Positions 17,061-26,873 of a stretch of DNA of 64,000 nt are shown here, piece by piece. This DNA is from an uncultured Bacteroidales bacterium (GTDB lineage Bacteria; Bacteroidota; Bacteroidia; Bacteroidales; Muribaculaceae). Position 1 is the stretch's first letter. Every line of letters begins with the position of its first letter. Where the stretch lies: contig CASENC010000038.1 in assembly GCA_949289215.1 (NCBI GenBank), forward strand, positions 22,319 to 86,318, in the 5' to 3' direction. Position numbers and translations under genes: made by a program. The notes beneath the pieces were generated by a model that saw nothing but the letters and a program-made list of their open reading frames with translations, had not been told where the DNA came from and did no database searches.

Positions 17061-18082
17061 TGAATTCTCCTATAATTTCGGTAATTGTTCCTGTATATAA
17101 TGTGGCGGCACTGTTGCCACGATGCATCGATAGTCTCTTGAATCAGAAGTTCACCGACTATGAAGTGCTACTCATCGATGATGGAAGCAACGACGGCAGC
17201 GGGGATATTTGTGATGAATATAAGGGAAAAGATGCCCGAATCAAGGTAATTCACCAACAGAATGGAGGAGTTTCAAAAGCCCGAAACAGAGGGATAGATG
17301 AGGCACATGGGGAATGGTTAACGTTTGTGGATTCAGATGACTATGTGACCACAGAATATCTTTCCGATATGTATGCGTGTGTTGAACTCGGGATAGAGCT
17401 GGTAATTCATTCGTTAAAGCATATACGTGAAAACGGTGAAATGCTTTATGATTATGAGTTGCCGAAAGAAGTGAAAGTATATTCCACGAGTGATTTTGCC
17501 TTATTGGTGAAAGAGCAGTATGTGTCGCAGCGTGGTTATACGGTTAGTAAGTTGTTTAATAAGCAATTGCTTGATGCCCGTTCTATTCGTTTCAACCCCG
17601 AAATCAAGTTTAATGAAGACTGGGTATTCCTGTTTAGTTATCTGAATGTGATAACCGGCAGTGTCTGTTGTTCCCCGGTGTCAAATTACTTGTATGTGGA
17701 CCGAGAAGGCTCTTTGTCTCATGCAGAGAATGATTTCTATTATAATTATGAGACATTTGGCATAGTTAAGGATTTGACATTGGCATTCTGCAATAAGTAT
17801 GGAGCCAATGCCGTTGACATGGGGCCTACCTACTTGTTACACAAGGCAATTACACTTGTTGATTCAAAAGCTCAGTTATGCAGCATAAAGACCGAGGATT
17901 GGGATTTTTTCAATCGTTACTATCGTGCCACATCTATGAAAACGAAGTGTGACCGGTGGATGGTGCGACATTTCCATTCATGTAAGTCGGTGTTGTTTGC
18001 TTATTTGTATCTTGTCCGTAATTTCAGGAAGATGCTTGAGCGTCATAATTTGTGGTCGATTGTTAATGTCCTAAGGAAATAA
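17060..18082 (+). CDS. glycosyltransferase family 2
   Basis: ISVIVPVYNVAALLPRCIDSLLNQKFTDYEVLLIDDGSNDGS and FVDSDD. Confidence 0.85.
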   Translation: MNSPIISVIVPVYNVAALLPRCIDSLLNQKFTDYEVLLIDDGSNDGSGDICDEYKGKDARIKVIHQQNGGVSKARNRGIDEAHGEWLTFVDSDDYVTTEYLSDMYACVELGIELVIHSLKHIRENGEMLYDYELPKEVKVYSTSDFALLVKEQYVSQRGYTVSKLFNKQLLDARSIRFNPEIKFNEDWVFLFSYLNVITGSVCCSPVSNYLYVDREGSLSHAENDFYYNYETFGIVKDLTLAFCNKYGANAVDMGPTYLLHKAITLVDSKAQLCSIKTEDWDFFNRYYRATSMKTKCDRWMVRHFHSCKSVLFAYLYLVRNFRKMLERHNLWSIVNVLRK

Positions 18083-18090
18083 AAAAGAAT

Positions 18091-19134
18091 ATGTATAAGC
18101 AGTACCGCATAGTGGTCAATACGGCAGCCGGCCGCCGTCGATATATGCAATACCTCATACCTTATATTGTGTCGTCGGGCATTGTCGATCGGTATGACAT
18201 TTGGGTAAATACACACAATGGGGCCGACATTGAATTTTTCAAACAAGTAGCAGCCAAGTTTCCCGTGGTGAATTTGGTGTGGCAGCCCGATGGTGTGGTA
18301 AACGGCAATGCGAGCATCAATGCTTTTTATAAAGATTGTGTGGAACCTGATACTATATATTTCAAGCTTGATGACGATATTATATGGATGGAGCCGGGAT
18401 TGATAGAAAAGATGGTGGCATTCCGCATCGATAATCCGCAATATTTCTTGGTATCGCCTTTGGTTATCAATAATTCCTTATCGACCTACTTGCTTGAAAT
18501 GGATGGTAAAATCAAGCTTGATGATTATTATAATGCTTGCGCCGGCCATTCGGTGTTGTGGTGTAGTGGCATTTTTGCGCAGGAATTGCATGAGTGGTTC
18601 TTAAATAAATACCTTAGAACCGGGAAATGGGAAACACTTCATGTGGGGCGCAAAGAGATGGGTATGACTCGCTTTTCCATTAATGCTGTGTTGTGGTTTG
18701 GTGATGAGATGCGAAAGTTTGGCGGAATTGTTCCCGGCGATGACGAGGAGTTTCTTTCTTGCATTTATCCCACACAGCATGGAATGTCGAATGCATGGAA
18801 CGGAGATGCAATAGTGGCCCATTTTGCTTTCTTCACACAACGCGAACAGCTGGACAGGGCAAATATCCTGGAAAAATATGGCAAAGTGTGTCGAGAACAG
18901 GCTGTGGCCGATAAACGTTTGGACGAATGTTTCGGCGAAGTAAAAAATATACTTGATGCCGTGAATGTCGATGAACAAGAGCTTATGCAGCGCAAGTCGC
19001 CTTACCGGCGCGTGATTAAACCGGTATCATGGCGCAGCAGGCTGAAAAAGCTCCTCCCGGCTTGGATATTGGATATCAAGTCTATCCGGGATGGCAGGAA
19101 AGAGCAGAGGCGCAGCGGCTTCATTGTAGAGTGA
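18091..19134 (+). CDS. hypothetical protein, possible divergent GT-A glycosyltransferase
   Basis: Only a weak motif: FKLDDDIIW (DxD-like) after a beta-alpha-like N-terminus. No family was recognised. Confidence 0.3.
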   Translation: MYKQYRIVVNTAAGRRRYMQYLIPYIVSSGIVDRYDIWVNTHNGADIEFFKQVAAKFPVVNLVWQPDGVVNGNASINAFYKDCVEPDTIYFKLDDDIIWMEPGLIEKMVAFRIDNPQYFLVSPLVINNSLSTYLLEMDGKIKLDDYYNACAGHSVLWCSGIFAQELHEWFLNKYLRTGKWETLHVGRKEMGMTRFSINAVLWFGDEMRKFGGIVPGDDEEFLSCIYPTQHGMSNAWNGDAIVAHFAFFTQREQLDRANILEKYGKVCREQAVADKRLDECFGEVKNILDAVNVDEQELMQRKSPYRRVIKPVSWRSRLKKLLPAWILDIKSIRDGRKEQRRSGFIVE

Positions 19135-19159
19135 AAAAAAACGTAACGGATTTTGTGAG

Positions 19160-20197
19160 ATGAAGAAAATCCTGAGCATAGTAATTCCTGCCTACAATAT
19201 GGAAAAGTTTTTGCCATATTGCCTGGATTCATTATTGGTAAAACAGCGGTTGGAGTCTGTTGAGGTACTTGTGGTCAATGATGGCAGCATCGACCGCACT
19301 TCGGCCATAGCCCACGAATATGAAGGACGTCTGCCCGAAGTGATACGAGTGATTGACAAGGAAAACGGGAATTATGGTTCATGCGTTAATCGTGGATTGA
19401 GAGAGGCTACAGGCAAATACATTAAGATACTGGATGCCGACGACAGTTTTGACACAGGCAATTTTGAATTGTTTATCTCATTCCTGTCTGGGGTGGATGC
19501 CGATTTGATAGTGTCGGATTTTGACATAGTCGATGAAAACCGAGCACTGCGGAAGTCGATTCGTTATGACTTGCCGACGGGGCTACACTCTTTAGAAGAA
19601 ATGTGCGCTTTCCCTACTTTTATGGAGATGCAAATGCACGGGGTGGCTTATCGCCGCGAGATGTTGCTGCAATTGGGATATGTGCAAGCCGAAGGCATTT
19701 CATATACCGATCACCAGTGGATTTCCACGCCCATGATATCGGTCAATACCGTATCTTATTTCGATAAGCCGGTGTATAAATACCTGGTTGGGCGCGAAGG
19801 ACAGACTATGAACCCCGAAGTAAAGGCTCGCAGTATATCGCATATGGCCAAGTGTGCACTGTCGATGTGCCGGGATTATGAAAGGCTGAAAGGCCGTGTG
19901 GCTGATTTTTTGCGTCCGTATCTTTATGGGAAAATGCTGTATATGATAAAGGATGTGTATGTGTTTTGTTTCCTGCACTATTCGCCAAAACTGAAAACAT
20001 TTTTGTGCGAGTTTGACACTGACTTGAAAAATACAAGCATGGAGATGTACATGCAGGCATCGGGCGGCAAAGAGTCAGGCCGCAATTACATCAATTATTG
20101 GCGTAAGCACACAGGGGTGAATGTGTCGGTTGTCAAGGCATTAAGCAAGTGTTACATGAAGATGATAGCCTTGAAGAATAGCATACATGTTTTTTAG
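19160..20197 (+). CDS. glycosyltransferase family 2
   Basis: LSIVIPAYNMEKFLPYCLDSLL, VVNDGSIDRT, ILDADD. Confidence 0.85.
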   Translation: MKKILSIVIPAYNMEKFLPYCLDSLLVKQRLESVEVLVVNDGSIDRTSAIAHEYEGRLPEVIRVIDKENGNYGSCVNRGLREATGKYIKILDADDSFDTGNFELFISFLSGVDADLIVSDFDIVDENRALRKSIRYDLPTGLHSLEEMCAFPTFMEMQMHGVAYRREMLLQLGYVQAEGISYTDHQWISTPMISVNTVSYFDKPVYKYLVGREGQTMNPEVKARSISHMAKCALSMCRDYERLKGRVADFLRPYLYGKMLYMIKDVYVFCFLHYSPKLKTFLCEFDTDLKNTSMEMYMQASGGKESGRNYINYWRKHTGVNVSVVKALSKCYMKMIALKNSIHVF

Positions 20198-20215
20198 TTG
20201 GAATTGAGGTTGGTT

Positions 20216-21133
20216 ATGTGGAAACAGATTGTAAAGTCGCTTGTTCCCGACAGGTTGTTTTCATTTATCAGGAAAAGAATCATTATTGCCAAACAGCACA
20301 AGACGGCATCGTTGTTACGGTATTTGGTGGAGGATTGTGATGCCGGCAGGATAGAAAGGCCTGCGATAAAGGCATTGAAGACGTTCCCCGACGATAAACC
20401 CATTATTTGGCAATATTGGGCACAAGGAATGGATGATGTGCCACCTATGGTGCGCATCTGCATGGAATCGGTGGATCGTTGGGCAGCAACTGATTACCGC
20501 ATCATACGCCTTAGTGATGATAACCTGGCTGATTATATTGAATATCCCGATTGGTTGAAGAAGCGTAAGCAACAAATTTCCAAGGCTCATTTCTCAGATA
20601 TTTTGAGATTTATGCTATTATCGGTTTATGGAGGATTGTGGCTTGATGCTTGTACATTGCTGACAGGCAAATTGCCTGATATGTTTTTGCGGTATGATTT
20701 CTTTGCTTATCAGCGTGACCCGTTGGAACCTCATGTACGCTATTGGGAAAGCACGTTTGCATTTTATTGGGGTTGGGATAAAGACTTCATGGTTAATATA
20801 TTGATAGGAATCATAGGAGCCAAAGCCGGAGGTCGTGTCATATCAGACATCACAGCTATGTTGTTTGCTTTTTGGAAAGAACATAAAGAAGCTCCCGATT
20901 ATTTCTTTTTCCAAATCCTGTTTGACATTTACATTGCGAGGCATAAAGAATTAAACTGCCCAATCTATAACGATTGTGTTCCGCATATGTTGCGTCAGGT
21001 AATCAATGGAGGGTACCCATATATGAGTGTTCCCGAGATTTTGAAGATGACGACAGTTCATTCCCTGAATTACAAAAATCCAAAGGCAGCAGACAACTTA
21101 CGAGTTTTGCTTGCCGAGTTCGGCTCTAAATAA
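20216..21133 (+). CDS. capsular polysaccharide synthesis protein / GT32-like glycosyltransferase
   Basis: PIIWQYWAQGMDDVPPMVRICMESV and AHFSDILRFMLLSVYGGLWLDA resemble Caps_synth and the DXD sugar-binding region. The ATG at 20216 is preferred over the TTG at 20198. Confidence 0.6.
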   Translation: MWKQIVKSLVPDRLFSFIRKRIIIAKQHKTASLLRYLVEDCDAGRIERPAIKALKTFPDDKPIIWQYWAQGMDDVPPMVRICMESVDRWAATDYRIIRLSDDNLADYIEYPDWLKKRKQQISKAHFSDILRFMLLSVYGGLWLDACTLLTGKLPDMFLRYDFFAYQRDPLEPHVRYWESTFAFYWGWDKDFMVNILIGIIGAKAGGRVISDITAMLFAFWKEHKEAPDYFFFQILFDIYIARHKELNCPIYNDCVPHMLRQVINGGYPYMSVPEILKMTTVHSLNYKNPKAADNLRVLLAEFGSK

Positions 21134-21150
21134 TAGGAAGGATTTGTTGA

Positions 21151-22002
21151 ATGAAACACGCATATCTGATTATAGCCCATAACGAGCCGGAGATTTTGCA
21201 ATTGCTGCTTACTTCGTTGGACGACGAGCGCAACGACATTTACGTGCACATTGACCGTAAGGCATCTTTTGATGCTGCAATTTTGCATACAGTAAAGAGC
21301 ATATTGCATATTTTACCATTCCACATGGATGCACGTTGGGGTGATTTCAGCTTGGTTGAAATAGAATTAGCACTTTTTAAAGAAGCCTACGCCAACGGCC
21401 CGTATGCTTATTATCATTTGCTGTCGGGTGTGGATTTGCCCATAAAGTCGCAAGATTATATACACGCTTATTGTGTTGCGCACCAAGGACAGGAATTCAT
21501 CGGGATTGCCAGCCATGCCACACAACGTGAATTGGACTGGCGCTCACAGCATTGGTTTGTCTTCCCTCGTGATTTTAAGTCAGGCAATCTGTTTAAGAAA
21601 ATCATCAGGGCAGTGTTTGCGCGGTTGCAAAGCCTAGTGCATTATCGAAGGACAAAATTGGAAGTAAAGAAAGGATGCCAATGGTGCAGTGTGACTAATG
21701 ATTTTGTCGGGTATTTGTTGCGGAATGTAGGTTTGATACGGAAAACTTTCAGCCATACTTATTGTCCCGATGAGATGTTCATTCAAACGCTATGTTGGAA
21801 CTCTGATTTCAGAAAACATATTTATAACGCTGCCGATGAATTTGAAGGTTGCAAACGATATATAAAATGGATTGACGGCGAGTTAATGCCATTAGAAATA
21901 TCAGAAGTGTCAGCGATGGTTGAATCTAATAAATGGTTTGCCCGCAAGTTCTCGTCACAAGGGATAGTTGTAGTTAAAGAAATTTTAAAGAATATCCGAT
22001 GA
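21151..22002 (+). CDS. GT14 (core-2/I-branching type) beta-1,6-N-acetylglucosaminyltransferase-like protein
   Basis: MKHAYLIIAHNEPEILQLLLTSLDDERNDIYVHIDRKA is a typical Branch-domain N-terminus. Confidence 0.7.
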   Translation: MKHAYLIIAHNEPEILQLLLTSLDDERNDIYVHIDRKASFDAAILHTVKSILHILPFHMDARWGDFSLVEIELALFKEAYANGPYAYYHLLSGVDLPIKSQDYIHAYCVAHQGQEFIGIASHATQRELDWRSQHWFVFPRDFKSGNLFKKIIRAVFARLQSLVHYRRTKLEVKKGCQWCSVTNDFVGYLLRNVGLIRKTFSHTYCPDEMFIQTLCWNSDFRKHIYNAADEFEGCKRYIKWIDGELMPLEISEVSAMVESNKWFARKFSSQGIVVVKEILKNIR

Positions 22003-22979
22003 TTAAAGTTTCGGTTATTGTGCCTGTTTACAAGGTGGAAACATTCATTGAGCGTTGTATCCGTTCATTGATGGAGCAGACACTTCAAGATGTGGAGTTT
22101 GTCATCGTTGATGACTGTTCACCTGACAACAGTATTTCTATTGCGCAGGCTGTCATACAAGATTATCCGGGACGAAAAGAACAGGTTAAACTGATTCGGC
22201 ATAACGTAAACCAAGGTTTGCCCGCAGCCCGCAACAGTGGTTTGACTGTTGCATCGGGCGAATATGTGTTCCATTGCGACAGCGATGATTTTGTAGAGCC
22301 CGCGATGTTGGAACAATTGTATCGAGCAGCAAAAGATGAAAAAGCCGATATCGTGTGGTGTGATTGGATGCTTTCGTTCGGACAAAATGAGCGTTACATG
22401 AAGCAACCCTCCTATGCAACACCAATGGTGGCATTAAAGGGGATGCTGAGTGGAGCGATGAAATATAATGTATGGAACAAATTAGTCTGTCGCCAACTTT
22501 ATGTGGATAATCAAATCTTGTTTCCTGCCGGTTACGGAATGGGCGAGGACATGACCATGATACGCCTTTTTGCCTGTGCGCAAAAGGTGGCGTATATTCC
22601 CGGTGGATTCTACCACTATGTGAAATTAAACAACAATGCATTTTCTAACACCTATTCAGAACGCCATTTGAAAGAATTACGCCATAATACCGATGAAACG
22701 TTGGCTTTCCTGAAAAGTAAGTGTGGAGATGCTTTGGCTTTGGACATGGAATTCTTCAAATTGGATATCAAATATCCATTTCTGATAACCGATGACAAAA
22801 AAAAATACAGACTTTGGGAAACGTGGTACCCGGAGGCTAATCAATACATAAGTTTGAATAAAAATGTTTCGCTCAGGCGGCGTATGTTGCAATTATGTGC
22901 TGTCAAGAAACAATTTTGGTTGGTTGGCTTGTATTATAAATTGGTACATAAATTTATCTACGGAATAGTATATAGATGA
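21999..22979 (+). CDS. glycosyltransferase family 2
   Basis: VSVIVPVYKVETFIERCIRSLMEQTLQDVEFVIVDDCSPDNS and CDSDD. Confidence 0.85.
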   Translation: MIKVSVIVPVYKVETFIERCIRSLMEQTLQDVEFVIVDDCSPDNSISIAQAVIQDYPGRKEQVKLIRHNVNQGLPAARNSGLTVASGEYVFHCDSDDFVEPAMLEQLYRAAKDEKADIVWCDWMLSFGQNERYMKQPSYATPMVALKGMLSGAMKYNVWNKLVCRQLYVDNQILFPAGYGMGEDMTMIRLFACAQKVAYIPGGFYHYVKLNNNAFSNTYSERHLKELRHNTDETLAFLKSKCGDALALDMEFFKLDIKYPFLITDDKKKYRLWETWYPEANQYISLNKNVSLRRRMLQLCAVKKQFWLVGLYYKLVHKFIYGIVYR

Positions 22980-24289
22980 AAGATAATGCTATAATAAAAG
23001 GGATATTGATGGTTCTCACCACTATTATCCTCAATTTCTATTTTTTCTCTATTGATTTGCGCTTTATGCCATCAGTGAATACCAAAATGGTATTGGGCGG
23101 GCTGGGCTTATTCGTGCTTGCCTATCAGTTGGTGAAGAAAGGCGGTGCATTGATCAATAAAGATACTTTCGTTTTGTCGGTGTGTGCGGCGTTGGTGTCA
23201 TTGGCCGGATTTGTCTCGGTTGTGTACAATGGCACACCCGATTACGCGTATGCTACATATTTAATATCCATGTGGGTATGGCTCAGTGCAGCTTATGTGG
23301 TTGTGACTTGGATGCGCTGGGTGCATGGGACGGTTTCGGTATTTATTGTATGTAACTATCTTATAGTTTTGTGTGTGGCGCAATGTTCTTTGGCATTGGG
23401 AATGGAGTTTTATCCCCCATTGAAGCAGGTTGTATATTCGTTGCTCGATGAAGGAACGGTGACATTCATGGAACAAAAAGATCGTCTTATGGGATTCGGT
23501 GCCGGTCTGGATATCGCCGGTTCACGTTTTGCGGCTATTTTGATAATGATACCGTTTGTGTGTATGCAATATAAGCACAAAGTTATCAAATACATACCAT
23601 TGTATATTCTGGCATTTTTCATAATATGTGTTATAGGAAATATGATAGGCCGAACTACGACGATAGGCGCAATACTCGCTGTCGCAAGTTTCTTTGTATT
23701 TTCTAAATTTTATCGGATGGATACATTCAATAAGCGGTTAGGGCTTTGGTTAATGGGTCTGTTGGTTGTCGTTGTTCCAATATGTGCCATAGCATATAAT
23801 ACGGTGCCTGAATTCCACGACTTACTGCGTTTTGGTTTCGAAGGCTTTTTCTCTCTTGCCGAGAAAGGTGAATGGGAGGTACATTCAAATGAGATGTTGA
23901 AAGAAGGATTTATCTTTCCCGACAATCCGAAAACGTGGCTGATAGGCGATGGATATTTCGGAACGACCGACTTAGACCCTTATTACACAGGCAGACGTTG
24001 GGCCGGATTCTATCGTGGATCGGATGTTGGGTATTCCCGTTTCTTGTTTTATTTCGGTCTGTTTGGTTTGTTGGCATTCTCGTTTTTTATTTTCAAGGCT
24101 GGCATGGTATGTGTACGTCGGTTCAATGCGATAAAGTATATGTTTATCGTCTTGTTGGCACTGAACTTTATATACTGGGTTAAAGTTTCGACTGACATTT
24201 TCTTGGTATTTGCTTTGTTCCTATGCATCAGTCAGAGTGAGAATGAAGAATACGAGAAATGTTATTTGATGAATAATCAAGGTCAATGA
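22976..24289 (+). CDS. wzy: Wzy-type O-antigen/capsule repeat-unit polymerase (polytopic membrane protein)
   Basis: 437 aa with about 10 or more hydrophobic segments, inside a Wzx/Wzc-dependent locus. No strong motif; the call rests on context and topology. Confidence 0.55.
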   Translation: MKDNAIIKGILMVLTTIILNFYFFSIDLRFMPSVNTKMVLGGLGLFVLAYQLVKKGGALINKDTFVLSVCAALVSLAGFVSVVYNGTPDYAYATYLISMWVWLSAAYVVVTWMRWVHGTVSVFIVCNYLIVLCVAQCSLALGMEFYPPLKQVVYSLLDEGTVTFMEQKDRLMGFGAGLDIAGSRFAAILIMIPFVCMQYKHKVIKYIPLYILAFFIICVIGNMIGRTTTIGAILAVASFFVFSKFYRMDTFNKRLGLWLMGLLVVVVPICAIAYNTVPEFHDLLRFGFEGFFSLAEKGEWEVHSNEMLKEGFIFPDNPKTWLIGDGYFGTTDLDPYYTGRRWAGFYRGSDVGYSRFLFYFGLFGLLAFSFFIFKAGMVCVRRFNAIKYMFIVLLALNFIYWVKVSTDIFLVFALFLCISQSENEEYEKCYLMNNQGQ

Positions 24290-25425
24290 AGGTTGTTTAC
24301 TGCATTTGTTCGTTGCAGAACCCGGGGGGGATGGAGCGGGTGTTGCTGAATAAGGTGTCCTATTTGGTAAAACATCAGGGTTGGGATATTACCGTGGTGA
24401 CTACCGACCAAAAGGGGAGGCCGACGTTCTATCCGTTTCCCGATGCAGTGAAGATGGTGGATCTCGGTGTCAATTATACCGATGACAATGGCAAGCATCC
24501 GCTGCAGAAAATCTTGGGCTATCTTCGTCGGAGAAGAATGCATAAAAAACGCCTTACGGCTTTGTTGCAACAGGAGCGGGCCGATGTCGTGGTTTCACTT
24601 TACCCGTCGGAGTCGTCTTTTATCCCGGATATCAAGGATGGCAGCAAGAAGGTGCTTGAACTGCATTATTGCAAGTTTTTCCGATTGCAATATAATCGCA
24701 GTGGATTGCTGGGACTTATCGACCGCCTGCGCACCCGGCAGGACGAGCGCATTGTCAGCCGGTTCGACCGGTTTGTGGTGCTGACCAATGAAGATAAAGG
24801 CTATTGGGGTAATCTGCCGAATATCAGTGTTATACCTAATGCGGCCCTTTTACTTGGTGATGCCCGTTCCGACGTGTCATTCAAGCGCGTTATTGCCGTG
24901 GGACGACTGGATTACCAGAAAGGATTCGACAGGCTTATCAATGCATGGGAATTAGTCCAAAAGAACAAGGGTTCCAATGATTGGCATCTCGACATCTTCG
25001 GGCAAGGAGAATGGAAAGAGATGTTGCAACAGATGATAGACAGCAAAGGGCTGCAAGCAAATACGCACATCTGTCCTCCCACCAAGAATATAGGTGCTGA
25101 ATATGCCCGTAGTTCACTGTTGGTAATGAGTTCCAACTATGAAGGATTTCCCATGGTGATGATAGAGGCCATGGCTTGCGGCCTGCCTGTGGTTTCATTT
25201 GATTTCCAGTGCGGACCTAAGGATATAATCAGGCATGGCGAAAACGGGTTGATGGTTGCCAATGGCGACATACAAGCATTGGCTGATGCCATGATGGATG
25301 TGATGGGTGATGACAATTTCCGGAAAATGCTGTCGGAAAATGCCCGTAAGGTAGTTTCCACTTATTCGGAAGAGGTTGTCATGAATCAATGGATTAAGAT
25401 GTTTACTTCGTTAGTTGCGAAATGA
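24286..25425 (+). CDS. glycosyltransferase family 4 (GT-B)
   Basis: GRLDYQKGFDRLI and SSNYEGFPMVMIEAMACGLPVVSFD (EX7E region). Confidence 0.85.
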   Translation: MKVVYCICSLQNPGGMERVLLNKVSYLVKHQGWDITVVTTDQKGRPTFYPFPDAVKMVDLGVNYTDDNGKHPLQKILGYLRRRRMHKKRLTALLQQERADVVVSLYPSESSFIPDIKDGSKKVLELHYCKFFRLQYNRSGLLGLIDRLRTRQDERIVSRFDRFVVLTNEDKGYWGNLPNISVIPNAALLLGDARSDVSFKRVIAVGRLDYQKGFDRLINAWELVQKNKGSNDWHLDIFGQGEWKEMLQQMIDSKGLQANTHICPPTKNIGAEYARSSLLVMSSNYEGFPMVMIEAMACGLPVVSFDFQCGPKDIIRHGENGLMVANGDIQALADAMMDVMGDDNFRKMLSENARKVVSTYSEEVVMNQWIKMFTSLVAK

Positions 25426-26651
25426 AGAAACTGTTGCAAATCAATCCCACGCTGCGCATATCCACTTCCACGGGGCGCATCATGCAGGAAATCGGGGAAC
25501 TGGCCTTGCAAAACGGTTGGGAAAGCTATATTGCCTATGGGAAAGGCCGCGATGGCATAAAGCCTTGCCGGTCGCAAATCATCCCGGTGGGCAATAGATG
25601 GAGCACCTTGTGGCATGGAGCGCAAACCCGCCTGTTTGACAATCATGGGTTGGCATCCACCCAAGCGACTAAAATATTTGTAAAACGAATAGAAGAAATT
25701 GCCCCCGACGTTATCCACATCCACAATATACACGGCTATTTCCTGAACTATAAAGTATTGTTCGATTACTTGTCGAAATGCGACATTCCCGTGGTGTGGA
25801 CGGTGCATGACTGCTGGCTTTACACCGGGCATTGCTACTATTACTCGTATGTGGGGTGTGGCAAATGGCAAACGGGATGCAACCACTGTCCGCAACAACG
25901 GAAGTTCCCGGCCAGCTTGCTGATGGACCGTTCGGCACGCAATTATGCCGATAAAAAGGCTGCATTTACGTCAATGCCCAAGGACAAGTTTGTCATTGTT
26001 CCTGTTTCTGACTGGATAAGGGAAGAAATGCGACATTCCTTTTTGAGCGAATATAATTTCCGCGTTATCCACAATGGCATCAACACTGATGTGTTCCATG
26101 TGTGCGACACTCGTGAATCGGTGTCACGATACGGATTGGCCGGTAAGCACATTTTATTAGGCGTGGCCAGCATTTGGAGCAAGGAGAAAGGCCTTGACGA
26201 CTTTATCGAAATGGCGAGCCTGTTAAAAAATGATGAAAAGATTGTGCTTGTTGGCGTCAAGCCCGAGGAGCAGAAACTGCTGCCACCAAATATATTGGGC
26301 ATATCGCGAACAGGAAATGTTCACGAACTTGCCGAGCTTTATTCAATGGCCGACGCTTTCATCAATCCCACTTGGCAAGACAATTACCCTACAGTCAATC
26401 TGGAAGCCATATCTTGCGGAACGCCTGTGGTGACTTACAGGACGGGCGGAAGCGTGGAGGCTGTTACAGAACAGACCGGCTTTATCGTAAAGCAGGGCGA
26501 CTATAAAGGCCTGCTTGAAGCTGCCCGAGCCATTCGCCGGCTGGGCAAAAGCCATTACCAACCGCTGTGCCGTGAATATGCCTTGGCACATTTTAACAAG
26601 GAAGACCGCTATGCCGATTATTTCCGTCTCTATGACGAACTGATGGCATGA
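25422..26651 (+). CDS. glycosyltransferase family 4-like (GT-B)
   Basis: ADAFINPTWQDNYPTVNLEAISCGTPVVTYRTGG. Confidence 0.7.
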   Translation: MKKLLQINPTLRISTSTGRIMQEIGELALQNGWESYIAYGKGRDGIKPCRSQIIPVGNRWSTLWHGAQTRLFDNHGLASTQATKIFVKRIEEIAPDVIHIHNIHGYFLNYKVLFDYLSKCDIPVVWTVHDCWLYTGHCYYYSYVGCGKWQTGCNHCPQQRKFPASLLMDRSARNYADKKAAFTSMPKDKFVIVPVSDWIREEMRHSFLSEYNFRVIHNGINTDVFHVCDTRESVSRYGLAGKHILLGVASIWSKEKGLDDFIEMASLLKNDEKIVLVGVKPEEQKLLPPNILGISRTGNVHELAELYSMADAFINPTWQDNYPTVNLEAISCGTPVVTYRTGGSVEAVTEQTGFIVKQGDYKGLLEAARAIRRLGKSHYQPLCREYALAHFNKEDRYADYFRLYDELMA

Positions 26652-26873
26652 AGCAATCATGAATATAGATTTTTGATTTTCAAGACATATATAAGCTCCG
26701 AGCCTTATTCTACCTATCAAAGGTTGAGTCTTTTGATAACCAGCAGCGGAGCAAATCTGTGATTAATACCAAATTAAAGAGCAATATGTGGCTCAAGTCG
26801 GGAAAGGTGTTTTGAGTGACGGCCTGACCGATGCTGAATAACCGTCTTTGTAGTATCTGTGTTTGAAATAGTT

